Assembly (NCBI GenBank): GCA_028709965.1
Contig: JAQUTA010000001.1
Coordinates: 2,521-66,520 of the forward strand
Origin: Lutispora sp.
GTDB lineage: Bacteria > Bacillota > Clostridia > Lutisporales > Lutisporaceae
Reading direction: 5' to 3'
DNA length: 64,000 nucleotides
The notes under the pieces were generated by a model. It did no database searches. It worked only from the letters and a program-made list of their open reading frames with translations, and had not been told where the DNA came from. Of the stretch, positions 18,905-28,779 are shown piece by piece (positions within the stretch are counted from its first letter, which is position 1; every line of letters begins with the position of its first letter). The translations under genes were made by a program, and so were the position numbers.

Positions 18905-18981
18905 TGGTGCGCGAGATGGGAGTTGAACCCACAAAACTACGAACCTGAATCGTATACGTATGCCAATTCCGTCACTCGCGC
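18905..18981 (-). tRNA. tRNA-Leu(CAG), 77 nt, short variable loop
   Basis: GCGCGAG TG ACG GAATTGGCATA CGT A TACGA TTCAGGT TCGTA GTTTT GTGGG TTCAACT CCCAT CTCGCGC A CCA. Confidence 0.88.
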
Positions 18982-19028
18982 TAACAGAAAATATTATATC
19001 ACAGCATATATCAAAGCACAAATTATTT

Positions 19029-21263
19029 TTATAGCTTTCCGAGGTAAAAATTCAGTATATATTTTCGCATTCCTTGCTTTATTTTAATACGTTCACTCAG
19101 ATTTTCCCAAAACTTTCTCAAGGCAAAAGTATCCTCAGCCGATACTATCTTATTTCCGTATATTATTCTCTCAATAATCGATACAATATGTTCATAATCA
19201 TCACCAGTCATATCCAAAGAATAACAAATGCGCTTTAAGAACTCTCTGAATGTTTCGCTATCATCTCGTCTCTTCTCTATTTTATTTATCATCCATATAA
19301 CTTGTTTTATATATATATTAGCGAATATTCTTTGGTTTTTCATTATTATGAACTTCAATATATTGATTCTAATAAAGCCATAAAATATTCTTAATAAAAC
19401 AAGCATTGTGAATATGAAAGTTACAAGCTTAACAAATGCGCCTTTGATATTGACTTTAATTGTTGCATCTCCATCGCTATATATATCTTCTTCTAGTAGT
19501 TCCTTTCGCCTGTCAGAGCCACTGGAAGCGGCTTCAGAAAAAGAAGGAAAGTTATCGATATTATTTTGAGATGATGCATCTGTACTCTCATCTTCCCATA
19601 AACTCCAAGATTGTACCTCTTCATATGCTGAGGTAGGTTCAAAGGTTACCCAGCCATATTCACCCAAATAGGCTTCTACCCAGGCATGAGAGTTTCTATC
19701 TGTCAAATTATATGTTTTTGTCCCTTGTCCCTCCGACTTCACAATAAATCCTTCCACATATCTGGAAGGTATGCCTGCCAATCTCAACATGATAGTCATT
19801 GAAGAGGCATAATAAGTGCAATATCCTTCTTTTTTCTCAAAAAGAAAATAATCAACGAAATCCGTGCCTTCTGGGGGTTTTTCAGGCTCTAAAGTATATG
19901 AATAATTATTCCTCAAATAATCCTCTATAGATTTTGCTATATCATAAGGGCTGCTCTTGCCCTTTGAGAGCTCCTCTACCAGATTATATACTCTATCAGG
20001 AATGTTGTGAGGCAGCTTGAGATAGAGCTTATTAATACTCTCATCATCGTCTGGTTTGCCAAGCCTAAGCATATCTTCTGATATTATAGGGATCTTACTC
20101 TTTATCCGGTAGACTGAATCACTATTAATTACATTCTTCGTATAAATCTCTAAATCATCATTTATAAAAACCTTATTTTCTCTATATTCTATCTCTATAG
20201 GATATAAAGAATTGAACAATGTAGACGCTGCCAACATTTTCGGCTTTATTTCTATTTCCAACTCATTAAACTTTGTTTCAGGTAGTATACCTATTTTGGT
20301 ATCCTTATCATATATTTCCGAAGATTTCCTGGACTTGCTCCAATTAAAACCGGAATATTTATCATAAACACTGCCCCGCAAGTATAAATTACTTCTTAGA
20401 CTTCCTCTCAAGGATAACATGGGGCTTCCACTAAAGCTTATAGGTCCTCCAAGTCTTTTTCCTTTATATATTGCATTAGATAAACTAAATCTGAAACTAT
20501 AACCATAGTTTTCATCTGAGTTGTTTCTCCATTGCTGAATAAAGGGAAATTTTTGCATCATGAAATCATTGAGCGCTGTTACTCTTAGCGGTCTTATATT
20601 TAATGGAAGCATCAGCATAAACATGATTGAGAAGCCTATAAGCAATATTGCGCTTCCTGCCCAGTTCTTATAAAAACTTATAGATACGTTGATATCTCTA
20701 CTCTCCCATACTTCTTTCTTTTTCTCCCATAGGCTATAGGAATACAGAATCAAAGATGAAAAAAGATAAATCATGAGATATAAATGCGCCTTTTCAACAT
20801 ATGTAAACCAGAAAAAAGAAAAAACTATAATACCGATGGCGGTAATTATAAGCTTATTTATCTTTGAAAAAACAAGAATTGCTAATAATGCGGTGGAAAA
20901 AGCCAGAATAACAAATAGGAGCGGAAGATCATATTCCTCCAAGAATGCAGCATAGCCCGATATATAGCCGGGCAGCCATTGAAGAAAAAGATAAATATCC
21001 CTAGATGTTTTATCAAAGACCTGGCTATAATAGTATTTCATATATATAGCTGCAATTATGGAAACAATGACCCCTCCTCCAAAAATCCAGGGAAAACAAT
21101 ATATCAATGTAACCATAAAAATCAAAGCCACATCATATAAAGCCAGGCTTCCAAGACTAATTTCAATACTAAAATAATCTTTTATCGCCATAGAAAGCGA
21201 GAAAACTATCATAAATAATAATAAAGACCTAAAAATCCTATCTTTAAAATCATACTTATGCAT
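19029..21263 (-). CDS. Multi-pass membrane transglutaminase-like protein (TgpA-like)
   Basis: N-terminal TM helices; GYCTYYAS, HAWVE and FEPT motifs. Confidence 0.9.
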   Translation of the reverse strand: MHKYDFKDRIFRSLLLFMIVFSLSMAIKDYFSIEISLGSLALYDVALIFMVTLIYCFPWIFGGGVIVSIIAAIYMKYYYSQVFDKTSRDIYLFLQWLPGYISGYAAFLEEYDLPLLFVILAFSTALLAILVFSKINKLIITAIGIIVFSFFWFTYVEKAHLYLMIYLFSSLILYSYSLWEKKKEVWESRDINVSISFYKNWAGSAILLIGFSIMFMLMLPLNIRPLRVTALNDFMMQKFPFIQQWRNNSDENYGYSFRFSLSNAIYKGKRLGGPISFSGSPMLSLRGSLRSNLYLRGSVYDKYSGFNWSKSRKSSEIYDKDTKIGILPETKFNELEIEIKPKMLAASTLFNSLYPIEIEYRENKVFINDDLEIYTKNVINSDSVYRIKSKIPIISEDMLRLGKPDDDESINKLYLKLPHNIPDRVYNLVEELSKGKSSPYDIAKSIEDYLRNNYSYTLEPEKPPEGTDFVDYFLFEKKEGYCTYYASSMTIMLRLAGIPSRYVEGFIVKSEGQGTKTYNLTDRNSHAWVEAYLGEYGWVTFEPTSAYEEVQSWSLWEDESTDASSQNNIDNFPSFSEAASSGSDRRKELLEEDIYSDGDATIKVNIKGAFVKLVTFIFTMLVLLRIFYGFIRINILKFIIMKNQRIFANIYIKQVIWMINKIEKRRDDSETFREFLKRICYSLDMTGDDYEHIVSIIERIIYGNKIVSAEDTFALRKFWENLSERIKIKQGMRKYILNFYLGKL

Positions 21264-22401
21264 ATCTATCCCTCACAATTTTGCCTAGCACCTCATCAAT
21301 GTGAATACTAAAGTTACTAATGCTATCATTGATTTCAGAAATAATAACTTCAAATCCTTTATACCTCAACTGAGTTGCCATCTCAATCAAATCACTATCC
21401 ACTTTCGGTGTGATGACAATTATAGTAACGCCGCTGTTTAATTTTTGGGCTTCTTTGTAAATCAATTGGGATACGCTTATTGTTCCTTGTGGGTGAAGAC
21501 TTGACAGGACGTCCATATAAGTTCCAAAACCTCCTGCTTCTTTATCCGACAAATTTATATATTCTTGACCCATAGCATAGAAATTTATGCCGATTCCTTT
21601 TGACATGGAGTAGTTTATGAGAGAAGCTGTCCATTCCGCCGCCTTTTCTTCAATATCTTCCCATCCATCACTTTTGTAATTCCCTTTAAATAAATCAAGA
21701 AATAAATGCATATGACTAGAAGCATTCATATCAAGATTTTTCACATGCAGTTCCCCCTTGTGTGCAGAAACTTTCCAATGAATTTTTTTGAAACTATCTC
21801 CATATTGATATTTTCTTATGTCCTTGATACTTGTAAAATCTTCAAAAGCAGTGTTGGTTTTTGATAGGGTTCCGAAAAGTTGATTAGCTGGTATATCTAT
21901 ATTCTCTATAGGATAAACCCTTGGATACACTGTTAAATTAATATTATGATTGAATTGTTTTTTCCACCCGAATATAAAGAATGGATCACAATAAATAACT
22001 TCCACTATGCCTAAATCATATATTCCTTTGTGTTGGCATACTAAATGGCTGGTCAACTTGGTCTTACCCCCAGGAGCTAAGGCTCTTACAGTCAGCTTTT
22101 CAGTTTCTCCTGTCAACCTTTTTGGCAATTTGATGTAAACCTCTAAATATGGTATAGGGAACATCGAAGAGTTATATATTTCCACGTTATAATCTATGGC
22201 AGTTCCTGTGGTAACCTTTTCACTGACCTTCCAAATAAGGCATTCCATGGATTTATATGCTTTTATTCCTGTGTAGTATGAAAATATCAAAAGAAAAAAC
22301 ACAAAAATGAATATACCATAGAAAAAAGTCCCTCCGATTAATAAAGCGGAGAGAAATACAGATATGAGTATTATGAATGCACCAACATTTATTCTATCCA
22401 T
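21256..22401 (-). CDS. DUF58 domain protein
   Basis: IRKYQYGDSFKKIHWKVSA motif; between MoxR and the transglutaminase. Confidence 0.9.
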   Translation of the reverse strand: MDRINVGAFIILISVFLSALLIGGTFFYGIFIFVFFLLIFSYYTGIKAYKSMECLIWKVSEKVTTGTAIDYNVEIYNSSMFPIPYLEVYIKLPKRLTGETEKLTVRALAPGGKTKLTSHLVCQHKGIYDLGIVEVIYCDPFFIFGWKKQFNHNINLTVYPRVYPIENIDIPANQLFGTLSKTNTAFEDFTSIKDIRKYQYGDSFKKIHWKVSAHKGELHVKNLDMNASSHMHLFLDLFKGNYKSDGWEDIEEKAAEWTASLINYSMSKGIGINFYAMGQEYINLSDKEAGGFGTYMDVLSSLHPQGTISVSQLIYKEAQKLNSGVTIIVITPKVDSDLIEMATQLRYKGFEVIISEINDSISNFSIHIDEVLGKIVRDRYA

Positions 22402-23353
22402 TTTTCTTCACCAGAGGCACTCTAATAGAGCTTAATATAGAAGATATTAAGTCACTGCTGGTCTTACCCTTCATTCTAGCATCTGGCTTTACTATGATTC
22501 TATGGTTTAGAACCACGTGGGCTAATTCTTTTATATCATCCGGCAACACATAATCCCTACCCTTGATAAAGGCAAGACCACGACATGCATTTAGCAAAGC
22601 CAGACTTCCTCTTGGGCTGCAACCTAAATAGATATCAGGGTGATTCCTAGTTGCTTGAACTATTAAAATAATATAATCCTCCAGTGAATCCTCTATATGT
22701 ATCTTCTTGATCTCTTCTCTCAGCAATATTACCTCTTCTGCAGTAATAATACTTTTAATTTTATCTGAGGATTTTCCCTGTAGCCTCAATATGTTTTTTT
22801 CCTCAATAAAGTCAGGATAACCAATCTTGATTTTCATGGCAAAGCGATCTAGCTGAGCTTCCGGCAGGGGAAATGTACCTTCATATTCTATGGGATTTTG
22901 AGTTGCAAGTACAATAAAGGGTTGAGGAAGACGATAGCTGACTCCATCAACCGTTATTTGACCTTCCTGCATTGCTTCTAACAGGCTGGATTGTGTTTTG
23001 GGAGAGCTTCTGTTTATTTCATCAGCCAGTATTATATTTGCCATAACAGGGCCTTCTTTGAATTCAAAGTTTCCGGTTTTTGTATTATATATGGTTATTC
23101 CCGTTATATCTGAGGGAAGCAGATCTGGAGTAAACTGAATCCTTTTAAAGCTGCAGCCAAAGGATTTCGCCACGGCTTGTATCAGGGTTGTTTTCCCAAC
23201 GCCAGGCACATCTTCTATTAGAACATGTCCACCACTCAACACAGCTACTATTATTTTTTCGATGTTAGTTCTCTTTCCCACAAAGACCATTCCTATGTTG
23301 TCAACTATCTTCGAGGCAAAATTACTCGAATCTATCAATCTCTTCGCCCCCAA
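22394..23353 (-). CDS. MoxR family AAA+ ATPase
   Basis: EDVPGVGKT, RIQFTPDLLPSD, ADEINR, ATQNPIE and LPEAQLDRF motifs. Confidence 0.96.
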   Translation of the reverse strand: MGAKRLIDSSNFASKIVDNIGMVFVGKRTNIEKIIVAVLSGGHVLIEDVPGVGKTTLIQAVAKSFGCSFKRIQFTPDLLPSDITGITIYNTKTGNFEFKEGPVMANIILADEINRSSPKTQSSLLEAMQEGQITVDGVSYRLPQPFIVLATQNPIEYEGTFPLPEAQLDRFAMKIKIGYPDFIEEKNILRLQGKSSDKIKSIITAEEVILLREEIKKIHIEDSLEDYIILIVQATRNHPDIYLGCSPRGSLALLNACRGLAFIKGRDYVLPDDIKELAHVVLNHRIIVKPDARMKGKTSSDLISSILSSIRVPLVKKNG

Positions 23354-23420
23354 TTATGAATATATATCAATAGTAAATGGAATGTTCTAAATATTCAATG
23401 AAATATATGTGAAGAAATTA

Positions 23421-24095
23421 TTAAATTTTCTTCATTATCCCCCTAACCACACGCCATTGCTCCCTGGCCATTTTTTGTATTCTTATATTGGAGCCCCCAT
23501 CTGGATGGCTGACAAGCCTATTAAACCAATTGATAGATTCCTCATACAGTTCTAACCGTCTTGATAACTCTCCAATCAAGTAAATCACCGTATGCTCGTC
23601 CATATTATTTACAGGAAAACTCTCTTTATCATAGGCTTCCAGATAAAAGTCCAATGCCATTTTTAAAAAATCCTTTTCCTTTTCGTCCTCTGTATATCTA
23701 TATAGCCATGCAGTCTTTAACGCCAAACCTGCCATGTTGCTTTTTCTTGCGCCTATCAAGCTTGCAGTATAAAGCGCAATTTTGTAGCTGTCCAGTGCAT
23801 CTGTATGGCTTCTGATTCCACAAAAATTCCTTCCTATCTCTCTATTGAAAAAAGCCTTTATTAATATCTCTTTCTCTCTATCCTCTAATTTATTAAAGGA
23901 GTTTTCCGAGGACGCATACCCGCAACTTGGGCAGATAAATATATCATAATAAATAGGATTATGATCTTTATAATACACACAAAAATCTTCATCTTTGCCT
24001 TCAACCTTTACAGCACTCATCCTTACTTTAGTAGTAGAAAATTCTAATAAACATATCGGACATTTAATGTCTTTCGTGTAGTAAATATTTTTCAT
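23421..24095 (-). CDS. DUF2225 family protein (Zn ribbon plus TPR-like helices)
   Basis: CPIC..CPSCGY, AWLYR and YLIGELSRR motifs. Confidence 0.85.
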   Translation of the reverse strand: MKNIYYTKDIKCPICLLEFSTTKVRMSAVKVEGKDEDFCVYYKDHNPIYYDIFICPSCGYASSENSFNKLEDREKEILIKAFFNREIGRNFCGIRSHTDALDSYKIALYTASLIGARKSNMAGLALKTAWLYRYTEDEKEKDFLKMALDFYLEAYDKESFPVNNMDEHTVIYLIGELSRRLELYEESINWFNRLVSHPDGGSNIRIQKMAREQWRVVRGIMKKI

Positions 24096-24123
24096 CTTTT
24101 ATACCTCTTTGAAATATTAATTA

Positions 24124-25542
24124 TCAATTTGTGCCAATTCCCTCTTGCATAATATTTTCTTCTTGTATTATATTCTCTTCTTGAATTACTAGTGGCTTTG
24201 TTCCTATTCGTGTAATGCCATCAGATACTTTGTAAGTATCTGTATATAGTGGCTCTACCAAAATTTCTTTGCCATTCTCCACAAGAACTCTGTAGCTTTT
24301 TACCACATATCCTGGTATTGCTTTCTTTTGGACTACTTTTGTACCAACAGACAAGGTTCTATCTTCTATTATTTTTATTTTTGGTTCAATCTTTTTTATC
24401 ACTTCCGTCTTAATCTTAACTTGCCTTCCGTGGGCTTCATTCTTTCCATAAATACTAAATCTAACCTGATTCCCTTTTACTTCACCATAGATATATAGGG
24501 GATATTTTGTATTGTTCATGAATTTGAAGTCAATGTGATCACTTGAAATAGTAGCATCTCTCCCCATACTGACATAACTAGATGGTAAAGAATGATTCTT
24601 TCTTTCAACTATTTTTAAATTAGACAACAATGCCGCATTATATAGGGTTGACGATACTTGACATATACCTCCTCCTATACCATCTACATATTCATTATTT
24701 ATTAGAACCTTTGCCGTTTTATATCCAAATTTAGATAGCCTCGGACCTATGGTTTTGTTTAGTGAAAAAGTACCACCAGGTCTAACCAAAACATCTGTGA
24801 CGCTCTTGGTTGCAAGCTTTATATTATATGATCTTGACTGGTTGCCTGCATTGAAGGTGGTGTAGTATTCTCCAAGCTTATCCGTAATTCTAGCTAAATC
24901 AGTCCTCATAATATCTGCATCAATAACTTCAACAGGCAAATCTATTGCCGCTATGCTCTTATGATTGATGCTTACATCTATCATTTCTACAGCTTTTTCT
25001 TCATTTAGTTTGCTGCCAGATTTTTCATCAGTTATCTGAAATTTTCCGGAAACCAATCTAATAGTTGCGTCTATTGGCTCCTTATTTATTTCTTTAGAAA
25101 TGCTATTCACTAATTTTACTATGTCATCTTTTTCATAGCTAAATCCAAGGGGCACTTCCTTTTTGTTGAGTCTTATATTAATGGAATCTACATATCTTTT
25201 GAATATATTACCTTGCCTTGTCATTTTGTATGCCTCTGCAACAGCTTTTTCATAATCATAGCTATAATTTATATCCTGGTATTTTAGCTGCCATAGCTTT
25301 TCTCCATGTTTCAAAGGCAAGTATGTCTCATTAAGATTATTCTCAAAAGTATCCTTAAGCTCAACCATAGCTTCTTCTCTAGTCATTCTTCCAACAATTA
25401 AGCCTTCTATAGATATATTGGGCGCAATTTTCTCTCCTGTTAAAAAAAGAACTGCAGAACCAAATATCAAAGCTATAATTAAGAGAATTAATAGAATAAT
25501 CATTCCCTTGAAACCCCTATCCAAATCAAAGCCACTCCTCAT
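24124..25542 (-). CDS. VanW family protein with PG-binding and G5 domains
   Basis: N-terminal TM; GGGICQVSSTLYNA, HS and GRDAT motifs; G5-like tail ending RIGTK. Confidence 0.9.
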   Translation of the reverse strand: MRSGFDLDRGFKGMIILLILLIIALIFGSAVLFLTGEKIAPNISIEGLIVGRMTREEAMVELKDTFENNLNETYLPLKHGEKLWQLKYQDINYSYDYEKAVAEAYKMTRQGNIFKRYVDSINIRLNKKEVPLGFSYEKDDIVKLVNSISKEINKEPIDATIRLVSGKFQITDEKSGSKLNEEKAVEMIDVSINHKSIAAIDLPVEVIDADIMRTDLARITDKLGEYYTTFNAGNQSRSYNIKLATKSVTDVLVRPGGTFSLNKTIGPRLSKFGYKTAKVLINNEYVDGIGGGICQVSSTLYNAALLSNLKIVERKNHSLPSSYVSMGRDATISSDHIDFKFMNNTKYPLYIYGEVKGNQVRFSIYGKNEAHGRQVKIKTEVIKKIEPKIKIIEDRTLSVGTKVVQKKAIPGYVVKSYRVLVENGKEILVEPLYTDTYKVSDGITRIGTKPLVIQEENIIQEENIMQEGIGTN

Positions 25543-25604
25543 TTATACATCTATGATATAACTTCTGCATTATATATATTCTATTTTAGTCCAAAAAATT
25601 ATAC

Positions 25605-27344
25605 CTATTTTACTTTCATATCTATCCTATCTCCATCTTTAATTTTATTATTAGTGCTTGCGTTTTCTCCATTTATAAAAATAGAGAAAGTATCTTTTGG
25701 GATTCTTAGTTCCTCAAGGATTTCTCCGATAGTATCTGTATATCTCACTTTTATATTATCTCCGTCCCTCAATCGATAGTCCTCATTTTGTATTTTTCCA
25801 TTTACAGTTATTGAAGCTTTCAAATCATATTCTTGTCCATTTATGGTTACAGTTTTTTTTGCTATGCTTTTTAAAGCTTCGCCTAACAGTATTTCTGCAT
25901 TTTCTCCTGATATTCCATTTTCAATCCTTATTATATCCCCATTTGATATGCTTGCGTTAAGGCTGCTTGTCACATCATTAATAAAAATAGCAGCAGGCTC
26001 TCCCATTCTGCCTTTAATTATCATCTCTTCTCCATTTAACATATAGGATAAATCGCTTCCTCTATGACCTATCAAAAGCCTGGGATTAAAACCAATAAAT
26101 ATTAAAACATCAGCTATAGTAAGTTTGTTTGTATTTAGTAGCTTAACTGGTTTATCATTAACTACTATGTTAATATAATCACTTTGCTTGATATTTCTGG
26201 CTGATGCCCCAATGCCAATAGGAGTGATAAATTCCGGACCTATAATTTTTTTGTTGTCGAATTCAACGTCTTTTATAATATCAGTTTTTCGCACACCTAT
26301 CCTATCTTTAGGCAGCCCAAGGCTCTCCGCAATGCACTCTGGCAAATTGGGTATACAGCTTCCTCCTCCAATAAGGAATACAGCACTAGGTGATTTACCA
26401 TTGTACTCTATTATTTTTTCACTTATTTCCGAAGCCAAGTTTTTTACTGCTATCTCAGCAGTTTTCATTATTTCGTCTGCACTTACCTGATGCTTAGTGC
26501 CCATAATATCCTTGAATTTTATTGTAGTCTTTTTGGCAAGGCTTAGTTTTACTTTCTCTGCTGTATCAAAATCCAATAAATAAGCTTCCGCAATTTTCTC
26601 TGTAATTTCATCACCTGCAGTAGGAACCATAGCAAAAGCGAATATTGTTCCATTCTTGGTTAGTGCAATATCTGACGTCCCCGCTCCCACATCTACCAAA
26701 GCTATATTGAGCAGTTTAAAGCTTTCTTGGATAGCTACATTCATAGCCGCAATGGGTTCCAACGTCATGCTGTATATGGATAAACCGGATAGCTTTATCA
26801 CAGTTTGAAGACTATCTATAACAATCCTGGGCAAAAAAGTTGCAATAACTTCAACGCCTATGCTGTTTCCCCTATGCCCTTGAAGTTTACCTATTATTGC
26901 ACCATTTAAAAGATAGTTGGTAACCGCATATCCCACGCAATAATATTCATCATCACCATTGGAATTGAGGTTCACCATTTCTTGTTTTGCTTTTTGTATA
27001 GTCTCAATTTCAAGGCTGGCTATTATACTATCGTCAATATATGTATATGGATCCACCTCCCTAGATACTCCTACTCTGCATGTTTTCAAGCTTCTGCCGG
27101 CTGCAGCTATAGAAACCCTCTCTAGTTTGGTATTCAACCTCTTTTCAAGTTTTTCTTTAACATTTACTACAGCATCCCTAACCAAATTAATATCATGGAT
27201 TTGTCCATCATACATTGCTCTTTTTTTATGCTCTTCAACTTCAAAGTCAATTATTTTGAAGACTTCTCCATGAAAAACACCGACTATCCCAACCACTGTT
27301 CTAGTGCCTATATCGAGGGAAAAATAAAATTCTTTTTTGTCCAT
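25605..27344 (-). CDS. FtsA-like actin-fold ATPase with C-terminal beta-grasp-like repeats
   Basis: LDIGTR, LEPIAA, DVGAGTSD and LIGGGS motifs; repeated (V/I)NG...GD.I units. Confidence 0.8.
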   Translation of the reverse strand: MDKKEFYFSLDIGTRTVVGIVGVFHGEVFKIIDFEVEEHKKRAMYDGQIHDINLVRDAVVNVKEKLEKRLNTKLERVSIAAAGRSLKTCRVGVSREVDPYTYIDDSIIASLEIETIQKAKQEMVNLNSNGDDEYYCVGYAVTNYLLNGAIIGKLQGHRGNSIGVEVIATFLPRIVIDSLQTVIKLSGLSIYSMTLEPIAAMNVAIQESFKLLNIALVDVGAGTSDIALTKNGTIFAFAMVPTAGDEITEKIAEAYLLDFDTAEKVKLSLAKKTTIKFKDIMGTKHQVSADEIMKTAEIAVKNLASEISEKIIEYNGKSPSAVFLIGGGSCIPNLPECIAESLGLPKDRIGVRKTDIIKDVEFDNKKIIGPEFITPIGIGASARNIKQSDYINIVVNDKPVKLLNTNKLTIADVLIFIGFNPRLLIGHRGSDLSYMLNGEEMIIKGRMGEPAAIFINDVTSSLNASISNGDIIRIENGISGENAEILLGEALKSIAKKTVTINGQEYDLKASITVNGKIQNEDYRLRDGDNIKVRYTDTIGEILEELRIPKDTFSIFINGENASTNNKIKDGDRIDMKVK

Positions 27345-27565
27345 GCTATCACCCTAATTCATATTTAAATTTGGTTCTAACACAAAAAGATGTGATTTAG
27401 CTATAATTCTATAAAAAAAGCTATAATCCTCCTATTTTTAGCAAACACTCGCTATTCACTGAGATAATCAAAAAAATTCTACAATTTTCATGTTTTATTT
27501 GTATTAAAAAAACGCAAGCTAAATATTGAACACATCAGATTAAATTCTGAAAGGAAGTGACTTTT

Positions 27566-27739
27566 ATGTTGCAAAGAAGACGCAGTATGATGAGAATGGG
27601 AACCATGAGCGCATTAGGCGGATTAATGCTTTTGCCTATTTTTAGCGGCAAAGTAAGGAAAAGGATCAGTAGAACTGGCAGAAATGCCTTCTTTAGAATT
27701 AATGACATGATTCAAGATATGATGGACATGAGGAAGTGA
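27566..27739 (+). CDS. Small Met/Arg-rich hypothetical protein
   Basis: RBS AAGGAAGTG; short hydrophobic segment; followed by a terminator. Confidence 0.6.
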   Translation: MLQRRRSMMRMGTMSALGGLMLLPIFSGKVRKRISRTGRNAFFRINDMIQDMMDMRK

Positions 27740-27770
27740 AAAATTCAGGCCCTATAAAGGCCTGAATTTT
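27740..27770. terminator. Bidirectional terminator
   Basis: AAAATTCAGGCC..GGCCTGAATTTT between convergent genes. Confidence 0.85.
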
Positions 27771-28686
27771 ATCTTATATTTTTACTTATGAATTCACTCT
27801 TTAATGCTCCCATTATGATTTCATCATAAAAATTTCCATCTATAAAAGCAGATTTTCTTGTTCTGCCTTCATATTTAAATCCACATTTAACATAACACTT
27901 AGAAGCTCTTTCATTATACTCATAGAGCTTTAAAGATACTCTAAATATATCCAAATCATAAAAAGCATAATGCAGAAGTGTTTTTATTGCATCTTCTCCA
28001 TAGCCTTTGCTCCAGTAATCCCTATCTCCAATTCTTATTCCAAGCTTACAGTTTTGATCAATCTCACTGAAGTCATATAATTGAATTGTGCCTATTGGTT
28101 TATTTCCATCAATGGTCTGTATAACAAGGTTCATGGGATCATATCCAAAGCCTTTTGATAGATTTAACCTCAGCTGACTTGTTCCAAGCTTTCCTTCGGT
28201 CCAGCCGGCAAGTTTATTAAGCTCTTCATCATTGTACCAATTATGAAGATAAAATATATCTTTTTCATTGCCCTGCCTCAATATTATCTTACCGCCTTTT
28301 AAGTAATCACCTACAGAAGATCCCTTATTAATATATACGGAAGACATCAGACTGGGGATAAACTTAAATAGTTTAAAAGGCTTAGATGCATATAAATCTT
28401 TATTGATTAGCACATCATCAAATATGGATTTTTGAACTTTAAAACCAACGCTTATTTTGCTATCCAGTCCATCTTTTACAATATTACCCTCATTGGTTGT
28501 ATATATAGTATATTGACCCAATACCATGTCTTCTTCCATAAGTGATAATCCAAAGTTTCCTGAGCCATGAAATAATATATTCGCAATTAATAGCTTGAAA
28601 ATCGGATACCGCTTAAAAAACACCTTATACAATTGGGATATACTATCGGCAAAAGTTTTTATACTGCTAGACGCCAAGGCACTCAT
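27769..28686 (-). CDS. RimJ/RimL-type GNAT acetyltransferase with an extra N-terminal domain
   Basis: YWSKGYG, NERASKCYVKCGFKYEG motifs. Confidence 0.8.
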   Translation of the reverse strand: MSALASSSIKTFADSISQLYKVFFKRYPIFKLLIANILFHGSGNFGLSLMEEDMVLGQYTIYTTNEGNIVKDGLDSKISVGFKVQKSIFDDVLINKDLYASKPFKLFKFIPSLMSSVYINKGSSVGDYLKGGKIILRQGNEKDIFYLHNWYNDEELNKLAGWTEGKLGTSQLRLNLSKGFGYDPMNLVIQTIDGNKPIGTIQLYDFSEIDQNCKLGIRIGDRDYWSKGYGEDAIKTLLHYAFYDLDIFRVSLKLYEYNERASKCYVKCGFKYEGRTRKSAFIDGNFYDEIIMGALKSEFISKNIR

Positions 28687-28779
28687 CGCAAATACTCTCC
28701 CCTAATAGTTATAAATACAGCATTATTATATCATATTCTTTTAATTTTTACATAAATTCTTATAGCTTAATAGTACATA

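Noticed and set aside
18905-18981. CUG codon reassignment by the short-arm tRNA
   Set aside because: Leu-type identity features are kept, there is no G3:U70, and CTG occupies a conserved Leu in GrdA (MDLE); only spot-checked
15000-18981. Intact integrative element with attL/attR
   Set aside because: No integrase and no duplicated tRNA 3' end found by eye
18854-19087. 77-aa plus-strand ORF
   Set aside because: Antisense to tRNA-Leu
24124-25542. Vancomycin resistance locus
   Set aside because: VanW domain only; no vanHAX or vanRS
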